DNA of 64,000 nt from positions 372,001-436,000 of the IMG/VR virus record IMGVR_UViG_3300028558_000791; one strand, 5' to 3'. The notes beneath the pieces were generated by a model, which saw nothing but the letters and a program-made list of their open reading frames with translations, did not search any database and had not been told where the DNA came from. Positions 10,340-21,757 of the stretch are shown here, one piece after another. Position numbers and translations under genes: made by a program. Numbering within the stretch: the first letter of the stretch is position 1; each line of letters starts with the position of its first letter.

Positions 10340-11722
10340 TCACTGATACACTATAGTTATTCGAGCGTTATTACATATTACTCTATCTGTAACTGCATTA
10401 CTTACTTTCCATAACTGAACCTCATACCTACTAGTTACATCGCTTCTAATATTTCCATTAGTAGTTCCAACTGTTAAAGGAATGGAATGCACTTCTGCGG
10501 CGACAGTATTAGTAAAATGGAATAATGTATTAGTTACAGCAACGTTATGAGTAGTATCGAATAATTGACAGTATCCATCAACTCCTGCTGCTGATACTTC
10601 GAGGTCGGCGAAAAATTGCATACTTCTGGTTCGGCCACTTCCGTCCGTCATCAAAGCTGGAAATTGTGTGACGTCGAAGAACCTACCGCCGATACCAGCG
10701 GGGGTGGGGAATCCATTCAATTCGGTTCCGGCTACAAAAGAAATGTCTGTAGGCATGGCCAGCGCCAGCAAAGTCGTAACGTTGACAGGCGGACTATAGG
10801 TAATGTAAATTCTTGCATTCCTACAAATGACCTGATCATTAGCTCCGCCATTTGTAATGAAGATTTGAACTTCATACATGGCAGTCATATCAGTTCTCAT
10901 TGTTCCGGCAAAGTTTCCTGAACTAATGGCTGCCGAAAGTTCTACAGACGTTAAGCTCTGTGTAGTAAGTACGCTATTAGTTATGATGACGTTATTTGTT
11001 ACATCCTTTAATTGTACTGTGGCGGTAGCAGCGGGATTGGTAACTTCCAAGTCCGCCCTAAAAGTCATAGTTCGTGATCTGCCGTCTAAAGTAGTTACCG
11101 GATACGAAGACATATCGACGGCACGCGCACCAACTCTCAATGGACTAGAGATATTAGAGTATCCGTCACCACTTAAGAAAACAACTTCAGTAGGTAAAAG
11201 AGTTACAGTCGGCAGAATATTAAGTGTAACTGTTTGCGTAACAGGCTTCCAAATGTATCCGTCCCAGGTCAGAACCTGATTGTTAGTTGGAACTTGTGTT
11301 GATACTGGAAGTCCTTGTAGACCAGTAACAAATGGTAGGGCGTATGTATTTCCTAAGTCCTGAGCAAGCTGAATGCTGTTGGTTGGTTGCCACACGATAC
11401 CATTCCATCCTAGAACTTGAGTTGGTAATGGTGCAGCACTAGAGATTGTTCTTCCTTGCATTCCAATGACTAGAGGATTTGATGGAGTTCCTCCCAAATC
11501 ACCAGCAATTGTAACGACCTGCTGAGTAATAAGGGTCTCGATATGGTCCATTCTAGCTCTAACGGTAGCAAAAGTTCCGCTAGGTTTGGCGCCCAATTCA
11601 TTTTCAATTGCAATAATAGCGTCTCTGAGTCGATTGACAGTTTCCCCACCAACTGGGGTCTGATTGTCAATGACACGAGGTAGAGAAGCATTATTGTCTA
11701 TCTGTGCTGGATAACTGGTCAT
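10340..11722 (-). CDS. Putative tail-fibre/virion protein with a duplicated C-terminal domain
   Basis: YPxxxD...AIIAIENELG head shared with 11831..14815; AGDLGG..P.V.G repeats; DGRxRxMxFxADLEV...VICxNARI domain present twice. Confidence 0.65.
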   Translation of the reverse strand: MTSYPAQIDNNASLPRVIDNQTPVGGETVNRLRDAIIAIENELGAKPSGTFATVRARMDHIETLITQQVVTIAGDLGGTPSNPLVIGMQGRTISSAAPLPTQVLGWNGIVWQPTNSIQLAQDLGNTYALPFVTGLQGLPVSTQVPTNNQVLTWDGYIWKPVTQTVTLNILPTVTLLPTEVVFLSGDGYSNISSPLRVGARAVDMSSYPVTTLDGRSRTMTFRADLEVTNPAATATVQLKDVTNNVIITNSVLTTQSLTSVELSAAISSGNFAGTMRTDMTAMYEVQIFITNGGANDQVICRNARIYITYSPPVNVTTLLALAMPTDISFVAGTELNGFPTPAGIGGRFFDVTQFPALMTDGSGRTRSMQFFADLEVSAAGVDGYCQLFDTTHNVAVTNTLFHFTNTVAAEVHSIPLTVGTTNGNIRSDVTSRYEVQLWKVSNAVTDRVICNNARITIVYQ

Positions 11723-11830
11723 TTAGTAAGCCCTTGGATCTCTTGACGTTATTTTTTAGTCACATGTATGCTAAAAATTTAGTATAACTATACGGCAAGA
11801 ACCATTCACAAAATAGGCTAAACGTTAAAC

Positions 11831-14815
11831 ATGAGCAATTACCCTTACAGTTTAGATAACAACATCACATTACCTGGCGTTTCTGGAAGTACGCAGGAAG
11901 ATGTCGCTATTACAGCTTTGCGTAGCGCCGTTTTTGCCATTGAAACCGAGCTGGGCGTCACACCAAGTGGGATCTATCCAGACGTAAGAACTAGATTAGA
12001 TATTTTAGAAGCTAGAATCCAAAATGGTATTTCTCCAAATATTCCAAACGATGGATACGTAAAGAGTCCACTATATGTTTGGAACGTTCCGGCTAGTACA
12101 ATCCTAAGCATTAGCGATGGTTACGGCGCTCCGACTGAAAATAGATTAGATGGCTCTATCTACATGAGAGGTGGAGATGGTTACGCCAATAATCAACTTT
12201 ATGTCCGACTCAATGGGCACTGGTTCCCTGTTCAAACCGAACATTTCCAAGCGGCTAACGATTTAGCACCTTTGCTTTCAGTCTCTGGTAATAGTGACGG
12301 ACATTTATCTCAGACAGTTATTGGATTATACAACCATCCATTCAATCCAACTATGAATTCTGTGGGGGCTACTCAAGATGGTTACCATGTTACCTGGAAC
12401 AATAGCTTAGCAGAATGGGAAGCTCAAACTGGATTTATCCCAACTCACGACTTAGCGGCCTTCTCTGGACCTTATGGTAGAACGGGTCAAATAGTTACTG
12501 GTATTCAAGGTAGCCACGTGTCTCCAGTAGCACCACAAGATGGATACATGCTTGTTTGGAGTGCCGCCGATTCTGCTTGGGAGCCAAGGGTTAGGCCGTT
12601 TGTTTTCACTAACTCAGTTGTAGCAGGAGATGGTTACGTTGTAAGGACTAACATCTCTTCCAATAGAGGTTCCACACAATCTCCAAACATTTCCGCTGCC
12701 AGCAAAGTTGGTATGAATAATTTTGGAAGTCGTTCTTCAGGGGCTACTACCGGAGTCACTAATAGCTACGCTTCTATTTTGGGTGGCGATAGATTGTCAG
12801 TAAGCGGTTTGTACGGTGTTGGTGTAGGTGGAGATAGTAATATTGTCGCTGGACAGTATGCAGCCATTTTAGACGGTCTATCCAATACTGCATCAGGACA
12901 ATATAGCATTGTCCTAAATGGAACCCTTAACCTAGCCAGCAATACACAGTCTACTGTAATTAATGGTACATCTAACACTGCTTCAGGAGTAAACTCCACA
13001 GTTGAAAATGGTACTAATAATACTGCTGCTGCCAATTTCTCTACAATTCTAAATGGAGCAACTAACAGCATCTCCTCTGGATCCTTACACTCTGCAATAG
13101 GTTTTGGTTCAGGTCATCAGATTATCGGTGGTGGCTCTTCAATTTACTCTGTTTTGTTAGGCGGTGTTTCAAACACTATCTCCAGTGCACAAAATGTGTT
13201 GGTAGGTACACCAACTAGCTCAACTACAGCGGGTCATTACTCAGTTCTATTATCTGGTACTAATAATACCATCACTACATTATCTGACTTTGCAGTAATT
13301 TTATCAGGAGCCACAAACACAATCAACAACTCTTCTGAGTTTGGATTTATTGGTACCGGTCAGAACAATGCAGTTACTGGACACTTTGCAACCATTTTAA
13401 GCTCTGATCATTCAACAGCTAATGGACAGAGTGCCATGGTATTGAATGGATTTACCAACTCTGCAACTGGACAGTACTCTACTATCCTCAATGGCCAGAA
13501 TAACACTGTCAATAATAGTGGCTGGGGTCTAATTCTAGACGGTTATAGTAATTCTGTAACTGGCACTGGCTCGTTCATTGCTGACGGTTACAACAATAGT
13601 ATTTCTGGGTTCTTCTCTTCTATTATTAATGGTAATCTAAACACCATTGCCGGTAGAAACAGTACAATCCTAAACGGTTCCAATAATAGCGTGGACGTTA
13701 ATAGCCCTGAAAGTACCATTTTAGTTGGTAATAACAACGTTTATACAAACTCTAATAGCGGACTTGTAGTTGGTAACGGAAACATATTAACCAACGCTTC
13801 TCAACAATTCATACTTGGAATAAACAATAATACGCAATCAGCTCAGTCTTTCATCAATGGAGGATTTAATACATTAGCAAGCGGAGCTTCTTTTAATAGA
13901 ATTTTTGGCTCGAATAATAGTTTAGGATCTGGTGCTGCCACCAACTTTATCCATGGAAGTGGTAACAATCTTGGCCCAACTTTAACTACTGCTAATGCAA
14001 CAGTTCTTGGTTCTAGTAACATCATTGATGGTGTATCAAGTGGTTATATTAATGGATCACAAAATATCACTACATCTAGTTTAACTAATATTCATGGTCA
14101 ATTTGGTAGGGCTAGAATGTTTGGTCAAGAGGTAAGGGCCAACTCTAGATTTACTGCCACCACAATTGCTGTCGGATCTAATGGAATCTCTCTACCAACA
14201 GGAACCATTAACGTAGCTTCTACTACGGGATTCCCAACTAGTGGAACTATTGCCATCGTAACTAACGCTGGATTACAGACTGTTGCTTATACCAGCACTA
14301 ATGCTACACAGTTCTTAACTTGCACTGGTGGTACGGGCACTCTTGTTACAGGTGCAGCGGTTGGTAAGATTGGTGAAGCTCAATGGTCACGTCTTATCCT
14401 AACAGGATCTTCAACTGGTGGTTCAGCTATTCCGCTACAACTACAAGATACGGTAGCAACTAATCCAACATTTGTAGACGGATATTCCTACGATATGAGC
14501 ATCAAGCTACTCATCGTTAATACTTCTCCAATCTCACCTAATCCAGTTGTTCCAGCCAGACACTATATTGATGTTCTAGCTCATCAAGAGAGCGGCGTCT
14601 TAATTATCGACAACATCAACTTTACAGTATCTACGCCTAACACATCTGATAGCTCAACTAGAACTCCTTGGACAGTAACTGTTACGGCAGTTGGTAATCA
14701 ATTGGTATTGCAGGTAGACGTTGAAGCAATTACTTCTTACGTACAACCAAGCAACGGACCTTCTAACAGAAGAGCAATCGCCACAATCGATATGCGAGAA
14801 ATTTCGAGAATATAA
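11831..14815 (+). CDS. Putative tail fibre with an Asn/Ser-rich beta-solenoid (YadA-head-like repeats)
   Basis: 994 aa; ~15-aa repeats NTASGxxSxILNG; one TxFxTCTGGTG module near the C-terminus. Confidence 0.7.
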   Translation: MSNYPYSLDNNITLPGVSGSTQEDVAITALRSAVFAIETELGVTPSGIYPDVRTRLDILEARIQNGISPNIPNDGYVKSPLYVWNVPASTILSISDGYGAPTENRLDGSIYMRGGDGYANNQLYVRLNGHWFPVQTEHFQAANDLAPLLSVSGNSDGHLSQTVIGLYNHPFNPTMNSVGATQDGYHVTWNNSLAEWEAQTGFIPTHDLAAFSGPYGRTGQIVTGIQGSHVSPVAPQDGYMLVWSAADSAWEPRVRPFVFTNSVVAGDGYVVRTNISSNRGSTQSPNISAASKVGMNNFGSRSSGATTGVTNSYASILGGDRLSVSGLYGVGVGGDSNIVAGQYAAILDGLSNTASGQYSIVLNGTLNLASNTQSTVINGTSNTASGVNSTVENGTNNTAAANFSTILNGATNSISSGSLHSAIGFGSGHQIIGGGSSIYSVLLGGVSNTISSAQNVLVGTPTSSTTAGHYSVLLSGTNNTITTLSDFAVILSGATNTINNSSEFGFIGTGQNNAVTGHFATILSSDHSTANGQSAMVLNGFTNSATGQYSTILNGQNNTVNNSGWGLILDGYSNSVTGTGSFIADGYNNSISGFFSSIINGNLNTIAGRNSTILNGSNNSVDVNSPESTILVGNNNVYTNSNSGLVVGNGNILTNASQQFILGINNNTQSAQSFINGGFNTLASGASFNRIFGSNNSLGSGAATNFIHGSGNNLGPTLTTANATVLGSSNIIDGVSSGYINGSQNITTSSLTNIHGQFGRARMFGQEVRANSRFTATTIAVGSNGISLPTGTINVASTTGFPTSGTIAIVTNAGLQTVAYTSTNATQFLTCTGGTGTLVTGAAVGKIGEAQWSRLILTGSSTGGSAIPLQLQDTVATNPTFVDGYSYDMSIKLLIVNTSPISPNPVVPARHYIDVLAHQESGVLIIDNINFTVSTPNTSDSSTRTPWTVTVTAVGNQLVLQVDVEAITSYVQPSNGPSNRRAIATIDMREISRI

Positions 14816-15243
14816 TGGCAACAACAGTTAAAACAACTAGAACATTAGCGCTGCCCGATATGTCGGACAGATATACAGCGAACAATCCTCCTGACGGGTA
14901 TATTCTTACCTTCAGCCAGACTGACGGCTACTATCTTGCTAAACCATTATCTAGAATTCTAGCTATCAGTACTCCAACTACTCCTTATACTCCAATTGGT
15001 GAAGACGTAGTTTTAGTTCCATCTCATGCTGGAACTTTTACAATTAACTTACCATTAGGACAAACTCCAGGTAAAGTCTTCTTTGTTAAGGATTTTGGAG
15101 GAGTAGCAGCGGCCAACAACATTGTGGTTTCTGGAAATGGTAATAATATTGATGGTGCCCCTAACCAAACGATTAATACTAATTTCGGTGGTTTGGAAAT
15201 CATTTGGAGCGGCGCTTCTTGGGCTATCTTAGCGAGAGTCTGA
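14815..15243 (+). CDS. Small virion protein sharing the C-terminal TINLP...KD...GNGNNIDG domain
   Basis: Same domain ends 15313..19653 and 19653..20777. Confidence 0.65.
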   Translation: MATTVKTTRTLALPDMSDRYTANNPPDGYILTFSQTDGYYLAKPLSRILAISTPTTPYTPIGEDVVLVPSHAGTFTINLPLGQTPGKVFFVKDFGGVAAANNIVVSGNGNNIDGAPNQTINTNFGGLEIIWSGASWAILARV

Positions 15244-15312
15244 TATCTTTTAGAATTCTACGCATTTAGAATACCGATAATCTAATAAAGAGACATTCTC
15301 TTAGGAGATTCA

Positions 15313-18300
15313 ATGGCAATACAGTACTATATGCGAGCATTTAATACGACCCTAGTCAGGTATGTTGACTGGGTTGTAAATGATACGCCCGACAGTACAG
15401 GAGTTTTTTCTGGTTTCCCAACCAATCAACTCATCAACATTACTGTAAACAGAATTGTACAGTCTAAAGTATCGAACTTTCTGAAGCCAAATCAGTCTTT
15501 AGGCGGCACAGATGGTGAGTTTTTCCATGTTAATAGTTATGACTGGAGAAATGCTGTCACACCTATTTCACCTCCAACCACTCTAACTGGATTTGCCGTT
15601 GAAAGAGGAGTTTCTGCTGTATCATCTATTACCAGTGCCTCTAATACTTCTCCAATCAACGTTATCTCTGCTACTAACCATGGTTTAGTAACTGGCCAAA
15701 TTGTAACTATTAATGGTGTCACTGGTAACGTAGCCGCCAATGGATCCTGGCCAATCAATGTAACTGGTCTAACCACATTCACCTTACTTGGTTCTTCTGG
15801 TAGTGGAACGTATGTTTCTGGTGGAAACATTTTCTTACCAAACGATTTTTCTACACTCACTTGGGATGAAACCAATGCAGTGTGGAGATTTATGCTTAAC
15901 ACGAATGGCGATGGTACCACAATTGGTAATAGCCAGTCTGTAAAGGTAAACAATTTCTTTATCGATGGTTACCTAGCTCTAGGAAGCCCTCCACTCCCAA
16001 CTCATGGCATTATCAGATTGCCAAATAACCAGTTTATCTTTGGAGAAAATGCTCAAGGAACTGGTGACATTCAACTTATTGGATCTGATGCTCTCAATAG
16101 AATTAGACTTGGTTCTTTAACTACGGACATTGTTTATACGCCAGGAATCATTGATGTAGATGGATACATTCAACATGATGGTAATGGCTCTAATGTTGCT
16201 TCTACTGGATTTATTCGCGAACAAAACAACACAGCCATCGTTGGTTTCAAAAATGTAAACACAACTTTTGCCGATGTTACCGCCTTATCTTCTAACTCTT
16301 TTAACCAAGTAGTTATTGGAGATAGCGTTAATACTGGTACAGTTCATAATACATCAACTTCTACATTTAGTATTACGGCTGTTACGGCAACTAACCCAGT
16401 TCAAATAACTGTATCTGCTCCAACTACGTTTGTTACCGGACAGAACGTTAGCATTGCTGGTATTACTGGAACTATTGGAACCGATGCTACTAATGGTCTG
16501 AATGGTAAATCATTCGGAATCTCAGTTATTGATACGACTCACTTTACGTTAACCGGGTCTTTAGGTTCAGGATTGGTTTATACTAGTGGTGGTACAGTTA
16601 CAACTAATAATGTCCACGCTTTTCAAGAGGGCGGAGTTACACAAGTTGAAATTGGTACATCTGTCATTAGATTTCCAGCCGGTGTAAGTGCGCCTTTCCT
16701 AACACAAACTACAGCAACTGGTAGCAATAGCGGACAGAACTTAACTATTCAGTCTCAGAACTCTGGATTGGGAGGAACCAACGGTGGTAACCTAACCCTT
16801 ACCACTGGTACTGGTGCAACTAACGGTATATTGAATCTCGTAATTGGTGGTACTACTAGAGTAACGTTGAATGATACAACTGAAACGCACACTCATCCAA
16901 CTATCACGTTTGCTAATACAGTAGTCAGTCCAACTATTACGCAGAACACTACTTCTAGTGCGCCAACTAACCTTACTGTTTCTGCCCAACCAACTTCACA
17001 AGCAGCCACACTTGGAGGTTCCCTTAACCTAAGTTCTGGTACAGGAACTTCAGCGGCTGGTAACGTCAACGTTCAAACGGGTGGCACGAACCAAATTATC
17101 GTTTCTCCAAACTTCATTACTCCAGGAACTACTTCCTCAACGGGTGGTAGCGTAGTTATTAGAGGCAGCTTAGAAGTCGTTGGTACAACTACAACCGTAG
17201 ATAGCACCGTAGTTGATATCATTGGTAGAATCATCCATGCTAACTGGGCAGATCCAACTGGCTCCCCTAACGTAGCAGTTCCATCTCAGGTCGTTGGATA
17301 CAGCGTACACCGTGGAAACGCATCTGGTGTTCCTCGTGATGGTGGCGCTCTAATTTGGACTGAAGGCTCTCTAAACTCAGGTGCCGACGGATTCTGGAGA
17401 CATGTCACTTATCCTGGTGATGGTATCGGTACCGACAACTTCACTATTGCTAACTCTCTAAATGCTGTTGGCTCAATGGCTAGCAACTTCTCTTCTAGCA
17501 CGGATCCAAACCCAATCTCTGGATACTTGGCAGCCAGTGGTAGTTTAAGGACTGCTAACAACGTCTCAACTGTTGTTTCCAGAAACTTAACTCTAACTAC
17601 AACCGTTTCGGCAACATCTAACTTACAGACACTCCCACAAGGAACTATCAACGTAGCATCCACCGCCGGATTCACAGCGGCTGGAACCTTACTCATTCTA
17701 TCTAGCACTGGTGTACAGACTGTCACCTATACAGGTACAACTGGCACGACCTTCACTGGCGCCGTTGGTGGTACTGGTACAATAATTACAGGAAGCATTG
17801 TTGGTCAGACTAATCAATCAACTACGATTGCAGCCGGCTCTAACAACATAGCACTTCCAACAGGTACTATCAACGTTGCTTCTACAGTTGGATTCCCGGC
17901 TTCCGGAACTCTACGCCTTGTCAGTCGTACTAGCGCATCAGCCACGGCACCTCCAAGCATTCAAGTAATTACATATACTGGAACTGGTGCAACTACCTTT
18001 ACCGGTTGTACAGGTGGCACAGGAACTATGTTTACTGGAGATGCCGTTACAAGCCCTCCAAGCCCAGGAACTCAAGACTTAGTTCTATTGGGAACTGACT
18101 TTGGTAACCGTATCCTACATGGTGCTCCAGCCAACAACACTGGCCACATCTTCAATACAACTACTGGTAGCATCTATGACTTCCAGATCAACAGCGTATC
18201 TCAGGTTCAGCTAAGAGGTGATGCAGATACTGATACGTTTACTAAAACTATCACTATTGCTCCAACTGTTTCTACTCCTAAGTTGTATCAAGTAGTTCGT

Positions 18301-19653
18301 CCAGACACCGGAGCTAACAATGGATTCAATCTTGGAGTATTTGCTCAGGCTGGTCAGCAGCAAACTGGTGGCAACAATAATAACAATGGCGGAAACGTCG
18401 TCATCGGTTCTGGTGCTGCTGGTACTGGTGGTGGTGGTACAGCAGGTATCAACGGAAGCGTTGATCTCCAAACTGGAGCAACGCTCAAAGTAAGAATCTT
18501 CCCAACTACAGCAGTATCTGCTACTGATAATAACAGCATTATCTACTTTGAGAATTTGTTCAGAGTTGATACTGCACAGACTGCACCACTCTTTAGACAA
18601 GACAGCAATGTTACTAACGGAGCAACAGCCCAGAACTATACTGTCCAGGCACAGAATGCAACTGGTACAACCAGCACAGGTGGAGATATCATCAACACCT
18701 CTGGTACTGGTACAACAACTGCCGGTAACAACAGACTACAAACAGGTGGCGTAGATAAGATTATCGTTCATCCATCCTTTACTGAGTTTAGAGATACAGC
18801 AGAAGCTTATCGTATTACTCCAGTATCTGCCGGTACAACTACTTTGCAAGCAGCTAGCACAGTTACAGCGCTTGTTTACAAGCAAGCTGACTTAACTACT
18901 AACGCTGGAACTGGTGCAACTACAACTCTACAAGCACAAAATGAGACTGGCACAACGTCTACAGGTGGTTTGCTAGTTCTTACTTCAGGAACTGGAACGA
19001 CCACTGCTGGTAACGTCACTCTACAAACTGGTGCGGTTGATAGGGTAATTGTTCACCCAACCTTTACTGAATTTAGAGATACCTCTGAAGCTTATCGTAT
19101 CACTCCGCTATCCGCTGGAGCCACGACCCTTCAGGCTATTTCTACCGCCACTTCTGTTACATACAAACAAGGCGATTTGGCCACTGCTTCCGGTACTGGC
19201 GCAACTACAACCGTTCAAGCACAGAACGAAACTGGTACCACTTCAACTGGCGGTGCGTTAAACCTAACTTCTGGTACGGGTACAACTACTAATGGAGCTT
19301 TGAACCTACAAGCTGGTGGCGTAACGACAGCGTCTGTGGTAACTAACAAGTTTGTATTTAATAAGGGTAGTCGCAGAAATGTTACGCAAGTAACAAATAC
19401 ATATGCAGTACTTACTACTGATGACTTTATCGCAGTAACTACTTTATCTGCTCCATTTACCATCACTCTTCCAACGGGAGCGGCAACTGGTGATAGCTAT
19501 ACTATCAAAGATGCAACTGGAAATGCCGTAACAAACACCCTTACAATTGATGGAAATGGTAACAACATTGATGGCTCTCCTACATTTATAATGACGCAAG
19601 CATATGCGGCAGCCACCTTTACTTTCCTTAATAGTCAATGGAGCGTAAGCTAA
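15313..19653 (+). CDS. Large tail-fibre-like protein
   Basis: 1446 aa; FCCH-like modules, two TTFTG modules, QAQNxTGTTSTGGxxxLTSGTGT repeats. Confidence 0.75.
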   Translation: MAIQYYMRAFNTTLVRYVDWVVNDTPDSTGVFSGFPTNQLINITVNRIVQSKVSNFLKPNQSLGGTDGEFFHVNSYDWRNAVTPISPPTTLTGFAVERGVSAVSSITSASNTSPINVISATNHGLVTGQIVTINGVTGNVAANGSWPINVTGLTTFTLLGSSGSGTYVSGGNIFLPNDFSTLTWDETNAVWRFMLNTNGDGTTIGNSQSVKVNNFFIDGYLALGSPPLPTHGIIRLPNNQFIFGENAQGTGDIQLIGSDALNRIRLGSLTTDIVYTPGIIDVDGYIQHDGNGSNVASTGFIREQNNTAIVGFKNVNTTFADVTALSSNSFNQVVIGDSVNTGTVHNTSTSTFSITAVTATNPVQITVSAPTTFVTGQNVSIAGITGTIGTDATNGLNGKSFGISVIDTTHFTLTGSLGSGLVYTSGGTVTTNNVHAFQEGGVTQVEIGTSVIRFPAGVSAPFLTQTTATGSNSGQNLTIQSQNSGLGGTNGGNLTLTTGTGATNGILNLVIGGTTRVTLNDTTETHTHPTITFANTVVSPTITQNTTSSAPTNLTVSAQPTSQAATLGGSLNLSSGTGTSAAGNVNVQTGGTNQIIVSPNFITPGTTSSTGGSVVIRGSLEVVGTTTTVDSTVVDIIGRIIHANWADPTGSPNVAVPSQVVGYSVHRGNASGVPRDGGALIWTEGSLNSGADGFWRHVTYPGDGIGTDNFTIANSLNAVGSMASNFSSSTDPNPISGYLAASGSLRTANNVSTVVSRNLTLTTTVSATSNLQTLPQGTINVASTAGFTAAGTLLILSSTGVQTVTYTGTTGTTFTGAVGGTGTIITGSIVGQTNQSTTIAAGSNNIALPTGTINVASTVGFPASGTLRLVSRTSASATAPPSIQVITYTGTGATTFTGCTGGTGTMFTGDAVTSPPSPGTQDLVLLGTDFGNRILHGAPANNTGHIFNTTTGSIYDFQINSVSQVQLRGDADTDTFTKTITIAPTVSTPKLYQVVRPDTGANNGFNLGVFAQAGQQQTGGNNNNNGGNVVIGSGAAGTGGGGTAGINGSVDLQTGATLKVRIFPTTAVSATDNNSIIYFENLFRVDTAQTAPLFRQDSNVTNGATAQNYTVQAQNATGTTSTGGDIINTSGTGTTTAGNNRLQTGGVDKIIVHPSFTEFRDTAEAYRITPVSAGTTTLQAASTVTALVYKQADLTTNAGTGATTTLQAQNETGTTSTGGLLVLTSGTGTTTAGNVTLQTGAVDRVIVHPTFTEFRDTSEAYRITPLSAGATTLQAISTATSVTYKQGDLATASGTGATTTVQAQNETGTTSTGGALNLTSGTGTTTNGALNLQAGGVTTASVVTNKFVFNKGSRRNVTQVTNTYAVLTTDDFIAVTTLSAPFTITLPTGAATGDSYTIKDATGNAVTNTLTIDGNGNNIDGSPTFIMTQAYAAATFTFLNSQWSVS

Positions 19654-20777
19654 TGAGTTATCGTGTAGATGACGGATACGTCACAATAAATACAGCAGCA
19701 AGCGGAGTTGGAGCCACCTACAGCGTTAGAGCCCAAAATGCAACTGGCACAACTTCTACTGGCGGCAATTTAACACTTGAATCTGGTTCTGGTACCAGTA
19801 CGGCAGGTAATGTTATAGTAAAAACTGGCGGCATCACAAGGTTAACAATTTCTCCAGCTTCAACTACTTTTGCTGATACAGCCACAGCATTAACTATTGC
19901 ACCAGTTTCATCTGGCACAACCACACTTACATTTGCTAATACTGTTACGGCAGCTACGATTACTCAATCTGCGTCAACCACTGGCACTGGAACTCGCTTA
20001 TCAGTTATCGCTCAAAGCACTAGCAATCCTGGTTCCACTGGAGGTATAGCAAATATTAGAAGTGGTAGTGCAACAGGCGCTTCAGGAACTGGAGGTTCTT
20101 TGTTCTTAGATTCTGGTGGTGGTGTAACTGGTAACGGAGCTATTAGTTTTAGAACTGATACCAATCCAACTGGTGGTACAGCATTCACTACGTTTCTTAC
20201 ATTCTTAAACTCTGCAGGTTTAGGGCCTGAGCCGTCTGGATCAGTAGATATGAACTGGGTTAGCACTATTACGGCGCCTCGTATTGTTCATGCCACTAGT
20301 GCTGTTAACGGTGCAACTGGCGCTGACTTTGTAATTAGAGCCCAGAATATGGGTGGTACCACTACAACTGGTGGTAACGTAAAGCTTCAATCAGGAACCG
20401 GAACAACTATTGATGGTTATACGACTATTCTAACGGGCAACACTGAGAACACCAGGTTTATTCCAAACAAGATGGTTCATTTATCTGGGCAGAGACAGAA
20501 ATTAACTTCCGTCTCAACAACCCCATATGCGGTACTTGCATCTGATTTCAATATTATGGTAGATACAAGTACGCTTGCCATTACTGTCAACCTTCCAGCC
20601 ACACCAACTACTGGTGATGCTTACAGGATCAAAGACTCAACTGGAACTGCATCTACTCATAACATTACTGTTGCGGGTAATGGTAGCAATATAGAAGGTA
20701 CATCAACTAAGACTATCAACGTAAACTTTGATAAATTATCAGTCTTGTACAATGGTACGCAGTGGGTGCTAATATAA
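19653..20777 (+). CDS. Tail-fibre-like protein (ATG at 19653 overlapping the upstream TAA preferred to 19638)
   Basis: AQNATGTTSTGGNLTLESG repeats and the shared C-terminal domain. Confidence 0.7.
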   Translation: MSYRVDDGYVTINTAASGVGATYSVRAQNATGTTSTGGNLTLESGSGTSTAGNVIVKTGGITRLTISPASTTFADTATALTIAPVSSGTTTLTFANTVTAATITQSASTTGTGTRLSVIAQSTSNPGSTGGIANIRSGSATGASGTGGSLFLDSGGGVTGNGAISFRTDTNPTGGTAFTTFLTFLNSAGLGPEPSGSVDMNWVSTITAPRIVHATSAVNGATGADFVIRAQNMGGTTTTGGNVKLQSGTGTTIDGYTTILTGNTENTRFIPNKMVHLSGQRQKLTSVSTTPYAVLASDFNIMVDTSTLAITVNLPATPTTGDAYRIKDSTGTASTHNITVAGNGSNIEGTSTKTINVNFDKLSVLYNGTQWVLI

Positions 20778-21308
20778 TCAGATACAACAGCTTCCTGGCT
20801 GGATTTTCTCATATATTGCAACCATAGCTTTAAGCTCTGGTTTCTCAGGAGCTAGTACGAGCATGCTTCTAAGTTCAAATTCTAATGGGTTAATCCATGG
20901 GAATCTAGCAGACTCTTGACCATAAACCACGTCTACCCACTGTGGAACAAGAGTAAGATGGATCTCATCTATAAACTCCATGCCGGCCTCATAGATTTTT
21001 TCACCACCTACGATCCAAGTATTTTTACCATTATCACAAGCATCAAGTGCTTCAGCAACACTTCCGAATACCTCAATACCTTCAGAGTTTAGAACTCCAA
21101 GACTATTAGCCAGTCGACTAATGATGATGTTTCGTCTACCAGGCAATGGCTTATTACCAATAGTCTCGAAGGTCTTCCTGCCCATGATAATATTGGAGTT
21201 CTTTGTTTTGTGAGTAAAGAGTCTCATATCTTCCGGTAGTTTCCATGGCAGTTTGTTATCCACGCCAATGTAACCGTTTTGAGAAACGGAGGCGATCATA
21301 TTAATCAT
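20778..21308 (-). CDS. folA: Dihydrofolate reductase
   Basis: IGVDNKLPWKLPEDM...IMGRKTFETIG.KPLPGRRNIIISR...IVGG motifs. Confidence 0.95.
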   Translation of the reverse strand: MINMIASVSQNGYIGVDNKLPWKLPEDMRLFTHKTKNSNIIMGRKTFETIGNKPLPGRRNIIISRLANSLGVLNSEGIEVFGSVAEALDACDNGKNTWIVGGEKIYEAGMEFIDEIHLTLVPQWVDVVYGQESARFPWINPLEFELRSMLVLAPEKPELKAMVAIYEKIQPGSCCI

Positions 21309-21337
21309 TTGGTGCCTTTATAATTTGGTATATACAT

Positions 21338-21757
21338 ATGCCATTTATCAGAAAAAGAAGAAAGAGAATTAGATATAAGAACGAGCATTTAACAGGCGTT
21401 TACTTAGAGAAACTATTAGGATTTGCTCCGAAAAAACAGCTTTATATTAGAAAGCCAATCGTTGTTAACAATGAAACTATCAAGAAATACATCATCTGCG
21501 ATTTCTACTTTAAACTTCCTAACAACGTTCAATGTATTGTTGAGTACAATGGCGCCCAACACTATGTTGCCAAGAAGTATAAAACACGTTGGCGACAAAA
21601 AAGAGCAGATGAAAATTTCCGTAAACAAGTCATACGAGACAAATGGTTAGAAACTTATTGCTACGATAATGACATCATTCTAATATCTATTGATGGCAGG
21701 AAATATACTGGACCAAAGATACTGGCGTATCTAAAAGACTTAGTTACTTATTTATAA
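21338..21757 (+). CDS. PD-(D/E)XK / Vsr-DUF559-like endonuclease (possibly a homing endonuclease)
   Basis: DFY...IVEYNGAQHY...RDKWLETYC...LISI pattern; sits antisense between folA and thyX. Confidence 0.65.
   Translation: MPFIRKRRKRIRYKNEHLTGVYLEKLLGFAPKKQLYIRKPIVVNNETIKKYIICDFYFKLPNNVQCIVEYNGAQHYVAKKYKTRWRQKRADENFRKQVIRDKWLETYCYDNDIILISIDGRKYTGPKILAYLKDLVTYL

Noticed and set aside
676-20266. Many short opposite-strand or off-frame ORFs within the structural genes
   Set aside because: These are shadow ORFs caused by Thr/Gly codon bias; they lack RBS and protein motifs.
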